This document shows, in pieces, positions 59,761 through 64,000 of a stretch of DNA of 64,000 bases; within the stretch, counting starts at the first letter, position 1; every line of letters starts with the position of its first letter. Under the pieces are notes generated by a model. It ran no database searches and was not told the DNA's origin. It was given only the letters and a program-made list of their open reading frames with translations. Both the position numbers and the translations under genes were made by a program. Where the stretch lies: assembly GCA_030141605.1 (NCBI GenBank), contig JAQGDQ010002368.1, positions 310,001 to 374,000 of the forward strand, written 5' to 3'. Source of the stretch: Tubiluchus corallicola (lineage: Eukaryota; Animalia; Priapulida).

Positions 59761-61196
59761 TATCGTCTTCTAAAGGGGATACCCATTAGCACGACATCGT
59801 TTCTTTCGAACATAATTAAAGAGCTTGTTGAGATCACCTTTACACAGAACTTTATAGCGAGACTGATGACTGACGAAGTTGGGTGAATTCCTCCAGCAAG
59901 TCCTGAATTGAACCAGCCAAATCATCACCATTTTACCTCGTAGGCGTTTACAGGATTTACGATTTGGTAACCTGTCATGGAGTGCCCTAGCACACGTTAG
60001 CTTAGTAACTCATTTCCGACTGCTTGGTATGGACCTGATATATGAACCAAACTTGACGTTTCTCTATATGAAAAAATTATTGATCTACTGACTACATAAT
60101 TATGGCTTTAAATAAAGTACCTATTGGCATCACTGGTAAATAGACAAAAGTCTAGTTTGCTACAGTGTGGCAACGCAGAAAACGCAATACATGCAACAAA
60201 TTTTATTAACAAGAAAATTTTTAAAAGCGATCTGAAAAGCAGTATTACTAAAAAGAGTAATAAGAAAATCTATGCTGCCGTGCATAAAGGGCAGGAAGTA
60301 CAAAATTTTGCTTTTGAAAAAAATGCAAATAAATTTTTGCATGACGTTTGAAAGTACTAATGAAGATAAAATTTTCTACACAACATGAGCATATAATTAA
60401 CTGCTAAGTAATATTAAATAGATTCAATACAACCTACTGCCTTGGTAGATAATGATCTTTAATTTTCCTAGATAGCCAACTAGCAGTACAGCTTCTTTTA
60501 AGTTTATGATTGAGTGGAAGATAAATGTGTACGATGATAATGCTATTTAGTCTGCAACAAAGGCGAAAATTTACTGTTTTTATATTCTGTACAGCAAGTG
60601 CCTAAGTATGAAATTTCATTATAAAGGAAGTTAGATCACCATCTGTTGGTAAGAATGCATCAAAATCTCAATGCTGTTAAAATTGTAGTTACTGCGTTTT
60701 ATTTTCTGTTGGGCAGTATGCCGATCCAAACTCGTACCGGCCTCAGTTGTAAGCTGGGTAGTTCTTTTCCCTTTAGCCTTACTGAAAGGTCAAACCATGG
60801 TCTTTGACCCCCTAATCAACGCTCCTCAGCATCAAGTAATTCACCAAATTAATGTATTGTCATTTGATCAAAATTACAGCCAACGAGTGAGCTGTAATTA
60901 CGCGCTAGTTTCGGGTTTGAAAACAGTGATACCCTGTTTGTCATTCCTGCAATTGAATCCCGAAATTACCAGGTTCTGACGCTGGTTCACCTTGATCGCC
61001 CTGTTTCAGTTCATCCCACAAACTTTATCAGGTTGATCTGATGTCATCCGTGATGCCAAATAGAAAACTACTAATTAGGTCAAGCCTTGGAGAAATAGAA
61101 TAAAAGTGAAATCCGATCACTGCAGTATCACAGTTAGCTGAGGTGACAGCGGTAACAACGTTGAGTTAGAACAAAGTTAGAAAAAAGACAGGAATC

Positions 61197-62667
61197 ATGC
61201 TTGCTTTTGTTGGACTTTTTGCATTTCTATGGGTAAGTGAAATTTCTATGTCAATTTTTATTCCAGTTCAGCTAAATTTTAGGTTACTTTTAATATTACA
61301 AATTTAGCTGCCAATTACTTATAACTTTATTTCATTTTATTAAAATGTTTGACAGTGGTTTGAAAATGTTTTGAAAAAGTTAACATCGTGACCAGAAATA
61401 AATCTGTAAAACATGGTATTTGCTACATGAAAATAACGCAATTCAATGCATCATTGCGGTTTACAATTGACGTGTAATCCCGTGATAAAATCGTAATGCT
61501 GAAATGCCTGAACCATTTTTGCTTGTGTGTTAATTAGCTGTTACTTACTCATTTCGAAGTTTATTTATACTACTAAAAGGAAAATGTATTTGCAGATAAG
61601 CACGTCTGCTATGTACATGCCCCCATCATACTACACGGAAATGCGGGGCAATGGTTTACCGGAAAGAGTTCTAAAACATCCGGACGCCGAGTATGCGTCC
61701 GACACTGTACGAGCAAAACTTGCCGACGAAGACGAACGCTTCAGCCTTTTTGATCGAAACCTGTACTATGATATTCCCAAAGACCAGCGCTTCAAGTCCA
61801 AGGAGAGGGCTACAACTTACAAGGACATTGATGATGAAATTAGCCACAATACGTATCTCCGCCGTGCTAGACTGGATGATTACAATGGTCCAAATCTGAG
61901 ACAGTTTGAAAGGAGGGAACAATTCGAAAACAAACCAGCACAGCAGTTTTTCAGCGATCAGGAGAAAGGAGAACACATGACAGCTTTAACGGGACACGGA
62001 GTAGGAAGGTATAAGACGATTAGCCAGTTTCTTTGACTGACTGATTGGTTGATTGAATGAATTATTGATTGATCGAGTGATAGACTTTTTTATTTGGTTG
62101 ATTTATTACCGTATTGCGAAACAGGTTGGCCGGACCGACTGAAAGCTCCATGTCCTAAGCCCTTCTGTAGGCTTGTAAAGTATTGCACTTTCAATACGAA
62201 TTTGAAGGTCTAAACCTAAACCCAAAGAGCATCTTCAGCAGGGGGCAAAACGACTAACTTGAGGATAAATAATTGTTAGTAAAAAAAGTAACACAGTGAA
62301 ACTCAGACATTTTGACTGAAATGTAAGAAAACGGCTAAAATAAAGTAGATAGTTTGACAAGAAAATTACATTACTGATGTTTTTCAGCTACCGCAGAAAC
62401 CTTGGTTATATTCTTGGACCAGAATCGGGCAAATACAACAGAGTTCTCGACTACAGATACAGACCTGGCTTCGACGAGAACGACGATGGCTCTTCCCTTC
62501 CTGGTCGGTTGTTCTTCACAAATAGAGGACGCTTCCCAACTGAGGAGGAACAAGCGGAAGCCGCCGAAATTGCTGCCAACTCTAACAGATTTGGCATCCC
62601 CAATCTTGGCAACTTGAAGAGAGTTGGGGCATTAGAGAGACGGTTGGGCTCGCCTAATATTATTTAA
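61197..62667 (+). CDS. Orphan secreted protein B, 3 exons, ~242 aa: join(61197..61232,61596..62008,62388..62667)
   Basis: Signal peptide MLAFVGLFAFLW|ISTSA; phases compatible (729 nt); homologous to A and C. Confidence 0.85.
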
Positions 62668-63300
62668 ATGCTGTGTGATTATGAAAGACAAACCAGGGCA
62701 CGTATTTTATTGTTCAGCACTTTTCTATTCTCAGGAAAAATTCATATAGTTCCACATTTTTATTAGTAATTCGTTTTTTACAGTATGAAGAATAATTTGT
62801 ATGGTAATTTGCTTACCGTTAAGCCTTGTGTGTTATTAGAGTTTTCAGAGAATGTTTTAGTTAAAATTCTTGTTTTAAAAATGTTAGCAAACTCAATTGC
62901 CAATTTACATTCAGCAAATATCAGTGAAAACTATGCTCACTTTATTATGTAATATTATATAAGTTTATAAATAAGAGTAATTTACTTAACCAGGTAAAAT
63001 CAATAAATCTAAGTACCACTTATGCTTATAAATATTGTTTTTTGTACACTCTATTACTGTAGCACCATAGCTTCTTATGCAACGCACGGAGCTTTTTTTA
63101 AAAAAATTCAAAATTTTTTGCAATACGTCATTACACCACAACACAATTTAGAGTGAATGCGTCAAGTTCACTATGCTACAAACAACTATACTAAAAATAT
63201 TAATAATGATACATATACTTCTATCTGTACTAGCAGTCTAGCACAAGTGACTGTCGCTTTAAGAAATGTTTTTGTAGTATAACGAGAATTAAGAAACATG

Positions 63301-63583
63301 TTAATATCTTCTAGAATAAGTTTTCGTATATCGTTTCGCAGTTGGACGCACATCAGAAAGAGATCCATAATGGGGAAGTCCAAAAGTTATCTTTTTTGCC
63401 TGACTGGAATGCGTTTTTGTTCCACGCGCTGAACCAAAACGGCCGTAATTAGTGAAAAAGCTGCGATCCGGAAGGATCTCCCCGTCATCTTTGTCATCAA
63501 ACTCTGGTCTGCTTCTGTAATCAATCGCTCTCACGTAGCTTCCATTTTCTTCTCCGTTTTGAAAACTCAACTGCCTACGGTAA
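63301..63583 (-). CDS. Orphan protein C, terminal exon (upstream exons beyond window)
   Basis: SYRRQLSFQNGEENGSYVRAIDYRSRPEFDDKDDGEILPDRSFFTNYGRF aligns ungapped with gene B SYRRNLGYILGPESGKYNRVLDYRYRPGFDENDDGSSLPGRLFFTNRGRF; same phase-2 ttttcAG acceptor. Confidence 0.85.
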
Positions 63584-64000
63584 CTGAAAATAAAGGTAAA
63601 ACATGTAACATAAGTTAGCAAAGCACTAAAGTTGTAAGCAGCACACGAAGGATGAACAAACAAATGCAAACAGATAAACCAACAAACAAAGAAAATGAAG
63701 TGCAAATCATGCTGAATACGCTTGACTAAATAGTACCAGCATCTATATCTCTGCTTCTACTTGGCAATGGATCAAGTTACTCAACATAATTATTAGCATA
63801 CCCAATAAAATTGTTATCATTGAGTACGGTTTGATTGTTGGTAATTAGTCAAAGTAACTGATGAGCCAGGGCCAATAAAATGACTACCTGTTGTTTAGCC
63901 GCTAAAGTAATGTAATTAACGTTTCAGCAAAACAGCAGCTTAGCGGCCGTGAAGCTGATAGTTAATCAACTGACAGTCAGTAAATAAATACGAAATGGTG

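Noticed and set aside
61197-62667. Gene B as a neuropeptide precursor
   Set aside because: Has dibasic sites (RR, KR, RRAR) but no repeated peptides with Gly-Lys/Arg amidation signals; processing cannot be excluded.

Overview
AT-rich eukaryotic (invertebrate-animal-like) genomic DNA with spliceosomal GT-AG introns, microsatellites and many transposon relics; no prokaryotic features. (1) A 16-exon + strand gene (6254..41154, ~1106 aa, intron phases consistent across all junctions) encodes a signal peptide, four GDNF-receptor/GAS1-type Cys-rich domains, two Ser/Thr-rich stalks, a RECK-like C-terminal module and a GPI-type tail, i.e. an invertebrate GFRalpha-like (Gfrl-type) receptor. (2) An intronless DRC9/IQCG ciliary gene (33589..34722, - strand) is nested in intron 8 of that gene, with an RFX X-box upstream. 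(3) A four-element transposon nest at 43.4-49 kb includes a TSD-flanked Loa/R1-type non-LTR copy that keeps endonuclease and RNase H but lacks the RT domain. (4) A cluster of three mutually homologous, Cys-free, Tyr/Arg/Asp-rich putative secreted-protein genes (49813..55504 +, 61197..62667 +, and a partial - strand copy ending at 63301) that I cannot assign to any known family; this is the best candidate for an undescribed system. Gene models were built by eye from splice signals and phase; homology calls are from memory and were not searched.
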